Below, piece by piece: positions 1 through 9,133 of a stretch of 64,000 nt of DNA. Both the position numbers and the translations under genes were made by a program. Below the pieces are notes generated by a model, which was not told the origin of the DNA, made no database searches, and was given only the letters and a program-made list of their open reading frames with translations. The DNA lies in the IMG/VR virus record IMGVR_UViG_3300034358_000008, positions 124,001-188,000 of that record; one strand, written 5' to 3'. How positions within the stretch are numbered: position 1 is the first letter of the stretch; each line of letters begins with the position of its first letter.

Positions 1-255
1 AAGCCATGGCAAATGTGGTACACCAAGCTAAACAACATAAAAGAGGATACACCCATGCCCTTCCTCAAATACACCATACAGGTGTTTGGAGATGGCGTGG
101 ATCTAGTGCCTCAACCGCGTGCGATCGTAGGACAGTTACGTCAACTAGCCCTTAACAAGAAGTGGTCACCCGTTACCACTGAAGGCAAGTTGTACCATGA
201 CATTCAAGCCTACGGCTCAAAAGAACTTAAAGAATCATATGCTACGCTGAGATAA
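1..255 (+). CDS. 3' part of a conserved hypothetical protein (phiKZ gp66 position), truncated by the window edge
   Basis: Frame is open from base 1 to TAA at 253-255; lies directly upstream of the ChmC-like gene. Confidence 0.55.
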   Translation, partial: KPWQMWYTKLNNIKEDTPMPFLKYTIQVFGDGVDLVPQPRAIVGQLRQLALNKKWSPVTTEGKLYHDIQAYGSKELKESYATLR

Positions 256-326
256 TACTCCAGCAGCATATCTTACGTACCACACACTCTCGAGAAGTGT
301 AATTTAATCCAATTGGAGTTATACCC

Positions 327-1100
327 ATGTCGCAACAGCAAAACTTCCCAGCACCAATCCTGAACATCTTCTCTGTAATGTCCAACTGGATGTTCGCAGA
401 TCCTGTAGAAGGTTCTCAGAAGCGCCCTAACCTGCGCTTTGGTGTTTACGGTAACGTTCCACGGGTTACTGTTAAAACCAACGTTCAAGGTGATATGAAC
501 AATGGCAAGATCGATTTCAACATGGACCTTGGTACTTTCGCAGTAGCTATGGCTTACCTGCGCAAGCTGACTGAAGGTGTGCCAGATACTCCAAACGAAC
601 TCAAACTGATCTATCAAGATGACTTCGTTGCTGGTAAGAAGTTGGATCGAGTAATGACTCTGTCCACTCTGGTAATCGGTAAAGCTACTGATGGTCGTAT
701 CTACATCGCTGTGCTGAGTTCCCAACAGTCGCGTCCACGCATTCGCTTCTTCTTCGGTCCTACCAAATACCATGCTATTCAAAATGGTGATGGTTCCATG
801 CTGGGTGCTGATGCAATGTCCGTAGCTTACGCTAACGGTTTCGCTCGTACTGTTGAACCACTGATCTACAACCTGCTGACCGGTGCAAACTTCGACCCTA
901 ATGCTAAGAACGTTGCTAACCCAGCCAACATGAATGGTGGTGCTGGCCCTGGTGGTAAGCCGGGTGGTGGCGGCTTCAACGGCGGTGGTCAAGGTGGCGG
1001 TCAACAACAGCAACGCCCTCGTCCACAAGGCGGCGGTAATACCGGTACAACTGCTAACTTCGACTCCTTTGATGCCGAGCTTCCAAGCTTCGACTTCTAA
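327..1100 (+). CDS. chmC: ChmC-like phage-nucleus-associated RNA-binding protein (phiKZ gp67/Imp6 position)
   Basis: 257 aa; ~195-aa folded region plus G/N/Q-rich disordered tail ending ELPSFDF; immediately upstream of the gp68-like nvRNAP subunit as in phiKZ-like phages; SD GGAG. Assignment by synteny and architecture. Confidence 0.7.
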   Translation: MSQQQNFPAPILNIFSVMSNWMFADPVEGSQKRPNLRFGVYGNVPRVTVKTNVQGDMNNGKIDFNMDLGTFAVAMAYLRKLTEGVPDTPNELKLIYQDDFVAGKKLDRVMTLSTLVIGKATDGRIYIAVLSSQQSRPRIRFFFGPTKYHAIQNGDGSMLGADAMSVAYANGFARTVEPLIYNLLTGANFDPNAKNVANPANMNGGAGPGGKPGGGGFNGGGQGGGQQQQRPRPQGGGNTGTTANFDSFDAELPSFDF

Positions 1101-1176
1101 GTCCCTTCTTTAACATACGGCGATCTTGAGTTTAACTCAGGGTTGCCATATGCCCTCCCGCTCGGTTCAGAGCCAA

Positions 1177-1210
1177 TAGAAATTATTTCAGATTTATATC
1201 ATACAGGCGT
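1177..1210 (+). promoter_or_regulatory. Variant early-type promoter TAGAA-N13-TATATCAT-N4-GCGT
   Basis: Same spacing as the four TATATTAC promoters in the window; just upstream of the 1232 ATG. Confidence 0.6.
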
Positions 1211-1231
1211 AGTACATATTAGAGGTTCTCT

Positions 1232-2818
1232 ATGAAATTCGCTGTAACCAATGTGCAGGGCAATGGGTTTACTCAGGTAAGTGTTACACATGGCGATATT
1301 GAATTGCTATGGAGTGCACGTGCGTACAGTAAGGTTAAACTTCAAGATCCTAATCGGGTCTTCCGGGAGTTGAATGGCTATCTAGAAAACGTTGATGCAC
1401 CTACGCAAGATCGGTTGTTCCACAGCTATGAAGAAATCCACAAGCTGTTCAAGATGGGCTTCGATCCTTCGATGCTCGTTAGCAGTTTGATTCACCACAT
1501 CGGTGAGATCTATAAACAGATCCCAATGAACCGTCTGCGACGTTGGTTGTTGACTATCGGTAACTTGCACATCCCTGCTGATATCCAGGATACCATCACG
1601 GAAGACTCCCGCTATAACAAGCGTGAGCAAACTTATCTGAAGTCCGACTACATCAACATCGCAACTGTAGCCCTAGCTCTCCAAGCTATGATTCCAGTAT
1701 GGGGTGAGTACATTGATCAGTGTACCGATCAAGAGTTGTATAAAGAGAACAACGTAATCGGGTTGGTCTCTGAAACAGAACTGGCCAACTGGCCAATGGG
1801 TGAAGTGGATATGTTGGGGGAAGAGATCCCAACTGTATTCGATAAGCTCGGTGGTTATGTGAAGTATTGCGTTGACGATGAACCATTGTCGTTGGCTCGT
1901 GCTTGGGCAGGTCTGAGTTCCACAGACATTCGTGTGCTACTGCAATCTAAAGTGTTGGTACGTCGTCTGACTATCATTCCACTGAACGATCCAACCAGCC
2001 ACTCGATCGTAGCAAACATCTTCCGTTACGTGATGACTAACCTCACACCAGCAGAACGAAGCACAGCTGATCGTGTAGCGAAGAAACTCCCTGAAGGTGG
2101 CGGTGGCGGTGGTGATGACGAAGATAAAACATCGTTCATTGAATCACACAAAACCAAAGGTCGTATCAGTCCAGGTGACATCGAGGCTTACAACATCGAT
2201 GCAATGGATTATGAATTGCTAGCTGAAGAAGTAGATCCAACGATCTGCAAAACTAAACTGGCCCAGTGTATCAGTTGTATTCAAAGTGTCGGTAACGTAG
2301 AGATCCGTCCACACCAGATCCTGCTAGCACAGTGGGTAATGGCTAAAGCGTTTCCTGCACGAGCTTTCTACCATATCTCCAAACTCCCAGTGAACTACCT
2401 GTTGGCTACATCTCAGGCACTCCTGTGGCATTGGGGTTTCAACGATGCAGCTATCTTGATGCAGGTAGAACCGTTGCGTCATGGGGATCATAACTCCACG
2501 ACTCAACTCAACCAGACTCGTCAGGGTTCTCGTATCGCAAATCGGTTCCGTCCACAACTGGATGAACTGTATCCGCACATGAAACTTCAGAAGACTCCGC
2601 AAAATGGTAATGAGACTCCTAAGCCAGAAAACATGGCTGGTCTCGCGATCAACAACTGTAACCATTCTATCCGTGGCTCAAACTGGGTTTACCATGGACC
2701 AGATAAGTTGTTCAAAGAAGCTAATCAAGTAACCCATAACAAGGTTCTGATCCTTCCGCAGACCATCAAGCACACGATCACTGAAGTTGTGATTCACCTG
2801 GCTCAGATCAATCAGTAA
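1232..2818 (+). CDS. Non-virion RNA polymerase promoter-specificity (sigma-like) subunit, phiKZ gp68-like
   Basis: 528 aa; size and position between ChmC-like and PicA-like genes; SD GAGG. Confidence 0.75.
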   Translation: MKFAVTNVQGNGFTQVSVTHGDIELLWSARAYSKVKLQDPNRVFRELNGYLENVDAPTQDRLFHSYEEIHKLFKMGFDPSMLVSSLIHHIGEIYKQIPMNRLRRWLLTIGNLHIPADIQDTITEDSRYNKREQTYLKSDYINIATVALALQAMIPVWGEYIDQCTDQELYKENNVIGLVSETELANWPMGEVDMLGEEIPTVFDKLGGYVKYCVDDEPLSLARAWAGLSSTDIRVLLQSKVLVRRLTIIPLNDPTSHSIVANIFRYVMTNLTPAERSTADRVAKKLPEGGGGGGDDEDKTSFIESHKTKGRISPGDIEAYNIDAMDYELLAEEVDPTICKTKLAQCISCIQSVGNVEIRPHQILLAQWVMAKAFPARAFYHISKLPVNYLLATSQALLWHWGFNDAAILMQVEPLRHGDHNSTTQLNQTRQGSRIANRFRPQLDELYPHMKLQKTPQNGNETPKPENMAGLAINNCNHSIRGSNWVYHGPDKLFKEANQVTHNKVLILPQTIKHTITEVVIHLAQINQ

Positions 2819-2828
2819 GAGGTTACAC

Positions 2829-4517
2829 ATGCAGCATTTCAACACTGGCGCTACCGTAGGTAACTCTCCAGGCAACACTAAGATTCGTTTTGGTGAGAAT
2901 GGTTTCATTGCAGTTCAGACTGGTACCTATCAGGCTCAATATCTTCGGCCATTTAACCCGAACACTAACGAGAACGTTGTACGTCAACTTCGTGAAGCTA
3001 CTAACGAAGGTCTTAACCTCGGTGTCAGTGCAGTACAAGAGATTGCGGCAAACGTAATCACCCCAGCATCGATGGTTGAAGGCGAGGTAATGATTCCTGA
3101 AGGTTTCACTTCTCGTCGTTTCCGCATTATGTGTCGTGTCTTCGAAGAGCATCCGTTCTTCAAAGGTGCAACTACCCAACGGATCTTCTATGGTTATTCG
3201 GATCACTGCGATGCAACTTTGCAAAGCGGTCTCATGGACCCACGCATGCGGGTTTACTTCAACTCCGAAACCATCGTAGCTGAATCGATCATCAACACGC
3301 CTAACGGTCCTCAGACTCAAGCTAAGATCATCGGCTCTAACCAGATCATCTCTCCGGTGAACATGGTTGGTGGTGACAATGGAATGTTCGCGAAGCCTTC
3401 CAGCTTCCTGATCCGTCCTGAAGATAACTTCAACAAAATGCAAACTCGTGCTGTTGCAGAGAACCTGCAAAAGACTGGTTTGATCGATGTCAAGATCGAT
3501 GCTGAATACGATCACCGCACTATGGTTGGTGAAGGTGGCTCGTTCAAGTATTCGATGCGTAAGGATACTTCTCCAGTTCGTTATCTGTCGAGTTCGTTGA
3601 GTGCATATCAGCATGCTCGTAAAGAGTACAACTCGTCGACTCATGACACTGATGACATCCTGTTCAATCGCGGTACTGATTCTTCGGAAGTATTGTTTGG
3701 TGAAGCTGCGGCAATGTGTCGTAACAGTTCCATCACTAACAACACCTTCCTGCAAGTTCTGCGTGACCACACCGGTTACATGGAAAAGGGTTTTGTATTG
3801 TGGGGTGAGCTGTGTGGCTTGTTCCCAGAACTGATGCAGACCAACGTTGCTCGTTTCGCAATGGATGATGGTCGTAGCATCAAGCAAGTTTCCCATGCTG
3901 GTCAATCCCAGAACTGGAACGGCGCTGACTATACTTCTATCGGTGCATCGCTGTTGGCTCAAACCATTCCATCGATTATGATGGATACGTTCTTGCGTCA
4001 AGTATCGTTCGCTGTAACGAATGGTAATGGTCCGAATGAATATCTGTTCGAGATCCATGGTCAAGCATCTGCCAGTATCATCCGTGGGATTGACATGCGT
4101 CCATATCTGCTGGAGATGGAACGTCGAGTTAAGGTTGACGTACTGCACAACATCACCCGTGGTAACCAACTGCCATTCCGTATCTCTATGATCTCGGACT
4201 TGGCTGGTGAATCGATCATTGACATCTCGATTGGTAACGAAGCAGTAGAACGTTTCGTAGCACCGACCTTTGCTGATAGTCTGTTCTCCCCAGTTATCAC
4301 ACGTAACCATCAGCTATCTAGTAACATCGCTAACGATATTACTTGGTTGGTTAAGAAGGTTATCGATGGTGATAACGATGTTAGTAACTTCAATCAGTTT
4401 AACGCTCAACAGCAAGGCTATCAAGGGTACCAACATCCAGTAGCACAAGCTGCACAATTCAATCCTCAAATCTTTACCGGAGTGAGCAACAATGTCGCCG
4501 ATCTTGGTCTCCTATAA
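2829..4517 (+). CDS. picA: PicA/Imp1-like phage-nucleus protein import factor (phiKZ gp69-like)
   Basis: 562 aa; directly after the gp68-like gene; Q/N-rich C-terminal tail; SD GAGG. Assignment by synteny. Confidence 0.7.
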   Translation: MQHFNTGATVGNSPGNTKIRFGENGFIAVQTGTYQAQYLRPFNPNTNENVVRQLREATNEGLNLGVSAVQEIAANVITPASMVEGEVMIPEGFTSRRFRIMCRVFEEHPFFKGATTQRIFYGYSDHCDATLQSGLMDPRMRVYFNSETIVAESIINTPNGPQTQAKIIGSNQIISPVNMVGGDNGMFAKPSSFLIRPEDNFNKMQTRAVAENLQKTGLIDVKIDAEYDHRTMVGEGGSFKYSMRKDTSPVRYLSSSLSAYQHARKEYNSSTHDTDDILFNRGTDSSEVLFGEAAAMCRNSSITNNTFLQVLRDHTGYMEKGFVLWGELCGLFPELMQTNVARFAMDDGRSIKQVSHAGQSQNWNGADYTSIGASLLAQTIPSIMMDTFLRQVSFAVTNGNGPNEYLFEIHGQASASIIRGIDMRPYLLEMERRVKVDVLHNITRGNQLPFRISMISDLAGESIIDISIGNEAVERFVAPTFADSLFSPVITRNHQLSSNIANDITWLVKKVIDGDNDVSNFNQFNAQQQGYQGYQHPVAQAAQFNPQIFTGVSNNVADLGLL

Positions 4518-5841
4518 CAAATCTCTGATCGCATTCTCTCTCGTCACTGACGATGAAGATATGGTTAGTCAGAAACAACCAACCGGTACGCTGTCGCCAA
4601 TGAAGGTTGATGGTCGCCGGCTGGTATTGCCAACCAAAGCATGGCAACGCAAAGGCTATGGTGAAGACTATCAGCCGTATCACCCAGGTTGTGAAGTAAT
4701 GTCTCGTGAAGGTACTTCACCAGTCATTCAGATGATGCAACGTCAGGCTAAAGCTAGTATCGCTCACGCGGTAGTTAGCATGGGTCAAGGCTTGCTGCAA
4801 GTGGCTGTTGATAAAGACACTCACAAAGACCTGCCGCTCGAATGCACCGAGTTCCTGAAGAAGCTGTCCAATGCGGATAAGACTACTAAAGAACTATTCG
4901 AGAAGCTGATCTCTGCTGCCGTTAAGAAGAATCGTCTGTTGACGGTATATCTGAAGAATGGTGGTCAGTACGATGGTAAGAAAGTAAACCGTTCGTGTAT
5001 CATCCGTTTTCCGATCGTTGAAGATCTGAAAGCCGAATCCAAAGACAACGTTGTCTTGGGTGTTACTGTTCCGAAGAAACAACGCCCTACCTTGATCGCA
5101 CTGTTCGATCTGATCGTACCTAACGGCGAGAACCCAGAGGAATACTCCTTCGGTACTACTGCACGTGTGGCACCATACTTCATCAGTCTGCTGACAGCTT
5201 TCCACAAGATCGCTTCGGTACTGAATGAACTGATCGAAGCCTATGCGGTTAAGCTGCATATTCCAGTTAAGCCATTCGAGCTGTACGACCTGAGCATCGT
5301 TGACGACATCATCAAGCATTACGATGATATCCCACCGTACTCTGGTAACGAAGGTAAGACTGACGCTCAGCCAGAAGAAGCAAGTGAAACTGTGAGTGTG
5401 GTTAAGAAAGCTGCGGTTGCTAAAGCCCAAGCCGAGAAACCACGTGAAGCAGTTCCACAGTTGGTACGTGGTAGCGCTCAGGTACTGACATCCGCAGTGC
5501 CTGCAACGGTAGAACACGTTGGTAAGAAAGCCGCTTCCATGGCTGACTTCATGAATGCTACCCAACCTCAGGCAACTGGTGGTTTCCAACAGCATCAACA
5601 ACCACAATTGAACACTGGCTTCGTACCAGTAACGTTCAATCAACAGCAACCACAGTACGCACCACAATCGTTTAATGGTAATTTCAACGGCGGTGGTAAC
5701 AGCTTCGCTCCTGCTCCTGTAGCAGCACCAGCGTGGATGGGTGGTGGTCAACCAGCTGTGAATCAAGGTTCAGCAAACCCTTTCATGGCAGCAACAATGA
5801 CTGGGCACACCGGTAACAACGGTGGTCTTGGACTAATCTAA
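4492..5841 (+). CDS. Conserved chimallivirus protein (phiKZ gp70-like) with low-complexity C-terminal tail
   Basis: 449 aa; overlaps the end of the PicA-like gene; followed by a terminator. Confidence 0.7.
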   Translation: MSPILVSYNKSLIAFSLVTDDEDMVSQKQPTGTLSPMKVDGRRLVLPTKAWQRKGYGEDYQPYHPGCEVMSREGTSPVIQMMQRQAKASIAHAVVSMGQGLLQVAVDKDTHKDLPLECTEFLKKLSNADKTTKELFEKLISAAVKKNRLLTVYLKNGGQYDGKKVNRSCIIRFPIVEDLKAESKDNVVLGVTVPKKQRPTLIALFDLIVPNGENPEEYSFGTTARVAPYFISLLTAFHKIASVLNELIEAYAVKLHIPVKPFELYDLSIVDDIIKHYDDIPPYSGNEGKTDAQPEEASETVSVVKKAAVAKAQAEKPREAVPQLVRGSAQVLTSAVPATVEHVGKKAASMADFMNATQPQATGGFQQHQQPQLNTGFVPVTFNQQQPQYAPQSFNGNFNGGGNSFAPAPVAAPAWMGGGQPAVNQGSANPFMAATMTGHTGNNGGLGLI

Positions 5842-5853
5842 GAGACGGCATAA

Positions 5854-5891
5854 ACTGGGGTCTTCGGACCCCGGTGTATGTTTTATTTTTT
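5854..5891 (+). terminator. Intrinsic terminator (TTCG-loop hairpin plus T tract)
   Basis: ACTGGGGTC-TTCG-GACCCCGGT followed by GTATGTTTTATTTTTT. Confidence 0.75.
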
Positions 5892-5904
5892 CAAGGGGTA
5901 CCCG

Positions 5905-6159
5905 ATGTCACATCCGAACAATCTAAGTGATGAGTATCCATGTCAGGGTGATACTTGGGCTATTAGTCCGAGTGTATATAACTTCACTGTTGTATTGGTA
6001 ACCCCTAATGGAAAGATTCGTTATGTAGATAACATCCACTTAGGTAACCGACGTGTAAAAGAAACCGACCTTGATGGATTCAAAGCGTTTAATCTAGGTA
6101 AACCATTTATGGGTACCTATGAATTCATTGAACAGTTTGGCGTTACCGTTTCAGAGTAA
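5905..6159 (+). CDS. Hypothetical protein (~84 aa)
   Basis: ATG at 5905 follows AAGGGG SD; the ORF-track start at 5878 falls inside the terminator. Confidence 0.5.
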   Translation: MSHPNNLSDEYPCQGDTWAISPSVYNFTVVLVTPNGKIRYVDNIHLGNRRVKETDLDGFKAFNLGKPFMGTYEFIEQFGVTVSE

Positions 6160-6505
6160 TGAAGTATTGTTGTAGTTCCGCGATTGCTTCTGGATGCGGT
6201 TCTATATACGACGTTGGCTGCGCTCGGTTTAGCGGATCACGTAACTCACGACCAAACTGATTGGGGTTAGTCATTCCATTAACCCTTGTGAACAACCAGT
6301 GTGTTTCTAGGGTGTGACCTTTGGACAGCAAGAAGCCTGAGAAGTCACCCTCGAACTGATATAGCTCTGCTGGGGTCAGTACATGGCGAACTGCATATAA
6401 CGTCCTGAGCTGGTTCATGTGCATTTCTAGGATATGCCTGAACTCTGGGTTGTAGAACATATTCGCCCCAGGTGATTCCATAAGTAGTTTAATTGTAAAA
6501 GCCAT
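6143..6505 (-). CDS. Conserved hypothetical protein, possibly LysM/T4 gp53-like baseplate protein
   Basis: 120 aa; SD GGAG; pattern YQFEGDF...HWLFTRVNGMTNP resembles the W-x4-N-x3-[DN]P end of LysM/gp53 folds. Confidence 0.5.
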   Translation of the reverse strand: MAFTIKLLMESPGANMFYNPEFRHILEMHMNQLRTLYAVRHVLTPAELYQFEGDFSGFLLSKGHTLETHWLFTRVNGMTNPNQFGRELRDPLNRAQPTSYIEPHPEAIAELQQYFITLKR

Positions 6506-6517
6506 TGGAAAACTCCA

Positions 6518-6551
6518 TAGATTTTATTTGAGATCTATATCATTGATGGGT
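6518..6551 (+). promoter_or_regulatory. Variant early-type promoter TAGAT-N13-TATATCAT-N4-GGGT
   Basis: Near copy of the 1177 element; upstream of the nvRNAP beta/beta' operon. Confidence 0.6.
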
Positions 6552-6569
6552 CAAAGAAGGTGAACGTGT

Positions 6570-6818
6570 ATGGCGTGTCAGATCGCTGAGGCTTTAAGAG
6601 ATCCATTGGCGTACTATAGAAAGATGCCAAAATATACTGTGTACTCTTTATCTAGTATTCTTAGTGAAGAACTACCTGCGGGCAAACTATTATGTAACGA
6701 AGTTGGAAGTACAGTTGATTGGCATCGGTTCGTGTTAGCACATGATCCGGGGTCAGAGGCTTATGCCGTTTACAACTTAGCGATGTGTGAGTTTGAGGAA
6801 CGTAAATGTTTGAGATGA
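6570..6818 (+). CDS. Hypothetical protein (82 aa)
   Basis: SD AAGGTG; first ORF after the promoter; overlaps the beta gene start. Confidence 0.55.
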   Translation: MACQIAEALRDPLAYYRKMPKYTVYSLSSILSEELPAGKLLCNEVGSTVDWHRFVLAHDPGSEAYAVYNLAMCEFEERKCLR

Positions 6819-9133
6819 AACGGATAGCCCGTGAAGTAAAGTACCAATATGCCGGTAACGCGATTATCGACCCATGGTTTGGTACTACCTCCGCAGCACG
6901 GGGCGCAATGTTGTTGGGTCAGATTACACAGGCTCCGATAATCAAAGGTGCAGAACCACGCTGGTTCCAAACAGGTGGTGAACTGCGTTTCGGCGAACAC
7001 AGTTTTGACATGAGGATTCCAGAAGACTGTCAGATCCTTTCGGTAATGCGGAAGTATCCAACTGGTCATGGTGCTGACTCTATCAAGCATAACCCGGAGA
7101 CAACGATCTTCTATGAGCACTACTACGACGAATACAAAACCGTCGGTGTACTGCGCGTACCGGAGTTCATGACTTTCCACCAGACATTCGGCTTTAAGCT
7201 GGAACGTAATAAAGAAGTGTGGGAAAACATTCACCCAGGTGCAATGATCCCTAAAGATACCATTCTGTCTCAGTCTGCTGGTTTGAGTAAAGATGGTCAC
7301 ATGTGTGCGGGTTTGAACGTGCAAGCGTGTTTCCTTTCTCATTATGCCACCATTGAAGATGGATTCTTGATCTCTGATGAGATTCTTGAAGAGTTCGCTC
7401 CTCGTGCTTATGGTACTGCGATTGCAAGTTGTGGTCGTAAGAGCTTCCTGCTGAACGCTTATGGGAACAAACCATTCCCAGACATCGGTGAGAAGATTCG
7501 TCCTGATGGCGTTGTATTTGCAATGCGTGATCTGGATGACGATCTGTCTCCAGCTGAGATGACTCCACGAGCACTACGTGAAATCGATCGTACCTTCGAC
7601 AAGGTAGTAATTGGTGAACCGGGTGCAACTGTTAAAGACATCAAGATCTATCGCGATGAACGTCAGAACCCAAGCTATACTCCATCGGGGATGGAGAAGC
7701 AACTGATGAAGTATTACGATGCCCTGTGCACGTATTACCGTGATGTCCTGAAGTTCTATCATTCGTTGAAAGCTAAACGTAAAGACCGCCTACGGATCAC
7801 TGACGAATTCAACCAACTGGTAGTAGAAGCAATGATCTATCTGCCACAAGCAGAAGGTCAACGTAAACTGACTCGTATGTATCGTCTTGATCCTCTGGAC
7901 GAGTGGCGTGTAGAAATCACTTATGAATCCCTGAAAGAACCAGGTGGTGCTTACAAGATCACTGACTTCCACGGTGGTAAAGGTGTTGTCTGTAAGACGC
8001 TCCCACGAGCACAGATGCCACGAGATGAGTTTGGTAATATCGCAGACGTAGTCATCTTCGGTGGTTCGACAATGCGTCGATCTAACTATGGTCGTATCTA
8101 CGAACATGGTTTTGGTGCTACTGTTCGAGACTTGGCTCAACGCATCCGTGTTGAAGCTGGCTTTGAACGTCATGGCACACTCACCAAACAAGAACTGCGT
8201 AGCAATCCTAAAGCTAACGATCAAGCATTCATCGACTATGCATTCAACGAGTTCCAAGAACTCTGGTGGATCATTGCTCCGACGATGCATGACATCATGA
8301 AAGACCACCCTAATCGCAAAGAGTATATCCACGAGGTGATGGAGCAAGGCTTCAGTTATATCTTCACCCCGATCGATGATCCAACTCACTTGCCAACAGC
8401 AATGGACACAGTGATTAATAGTCGGTTCCGTCCGAACCATACTCCAGTCACACTCATGGGTCCTAACGGTAAGGAGATCACAACCAAAGATAAAGTTCTG
8501 ATCGGTCCGCTATACATGATGTTGCTTGAGAAGATTGGTGATGACTGGTCGGCTGTAGCATCTGTTAAGGTTCAACAATTCGGTCTGCCATCGAAGCTGA
8601 ATAACAATGATCGATCCAGTACTCCTGGTCGTGAATCAGCTATTCGTTCGTTCGGTGAATCTGAGACTCGTTCTTATAACTGTACTGTAGGTCCTGAAGC
8701 TACTATGGAACTGTTGGATCAAACCAACAACCCATTGGCTCACACGAATGTGATTAACAGTATCCTGACTGCGGAGTGCCCAACTAACATTGATCGCGCT
8801 GTAGACCGTGCGAAGGTTCCATTTGGTAATAGTCGTCCAGTAGCTCTGTTGGATCACATGCTCGAGATGCGTGGCATCGAATTCGTGTATGAACCAAGTC
8901 CAGGTTACAATGAGTACATGGCTTCCAATCCAGTTATCGATAAGGCACCAACGCCGTATGTTGGACCTAAGGTTAAGCATGAAGTAAAACGAGCAGCAAC
9001 ACGTTTGGCAAACTATAACAGTAGCTTCGAATCAATCGGAGACACTGGCTTGACGGAACGTATTACCGAAGCATTAGGTCTTCCGAGTAGTATGAGTCTG
9101 GAAGATGCTTTGGGTGTAGGGGAATATGCATGA
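6806..9133 (+). CDS. rpoB: Non-virion RNA polymerase beta subunit, C-terminal part (phiKZ gp71-73-like)
   Basis: KITDFHGGKGVVCK matches beta GDKxxGRHGNKGV; also IEDGFLIS, RRSNYGRIYE, IGPLYMMLLEK, RSFGESE. Confidence 0.92.
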   Translation: MFEMKRIAREVKYQYAGNAIIDPWFGTTSAARGAMLLGQITQAPIIKGAEPRWFQTGGELRFGEHSFDMRIPEDCQILSVMRKYPTGHGADSIKHNPETTIFYEHYYDEYKTVGVLRVPEFMTFHQTFGFKLERNKEVWENIHPGAMIPKDTILSQSAGLSKDGHMCAGLNVQACFLSHYATIEDGFLISDEILEEFAPRAYGTAIASCGRKSFLLNAYGNKPFPDIGEKIRPDGVVFAMRDLDDDLSPAEMTPRALREIDRTFDKVVIGEPGATVKDIKIYRDERQNPSYTPSGMEKQLMKYYDALCTYYRDVLKFYHSLKAKRKDRLRITDEFNQLVVEAMIYLPQAEGQRKLTRMYRLDPLDEWRVEITYESLKEPGGAYKITDFHGGKGVVCKTLPRAQMPRDEFGNIADVVIFGGSTMRRSNYGRIYEHGFGATVRDLAQRIRVEAGFERHGTLTKQELRSNPKANDQAFIDYAFNEFQELWWIIAPTMHDIMKDHPNRKEYIHEVMEQGFSYIFTPIDDPTHLPTAMDTVINSRFRPNHTPVTLMGPNGKEITTKDKVLIGPLYMMLLEKIGDDWSAVASVKVQQFGLPSKLNNNDRSSTPGRESAIRSFGESETRSYNCTVGPEATMELLDQTNNPLAHTNVINSILTAECPTNIDRAVDRAKVPFGNSRPVALLDHMLEMRGIEFVYEPSPGYNEYMASNPVIDKAPTPYVGPKVKHEVKRAATRLANYNSSFESIGDTGLTERITEALGLPSSMSLEDALGVGEYA

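Noticed and set aside
327-1100. SSB call based on the Gly-rich linker and acidic-Phe C-terminus
   Set aside because: No OB-fold SSB motifs recognised; position matches ChmC/gp67, although the tail may work in a similar way
2823-4310. 495-aa antisense ORF, and similar ones at 14569-15798, 19136-20482, 28538-30016, 33737-35113, 43188-44366 and 54804-56282
   Set aside because: They mirror well-supported genes on the opposite strand and show no recognisable motifs; the codon bias of the sense genes depletes antisense stops
6806-9133. Group I intron in nvRNAP beta, as in phiKZ
   Set aside because: The ORF is continuous with motifs in order and no inserted endonuclease
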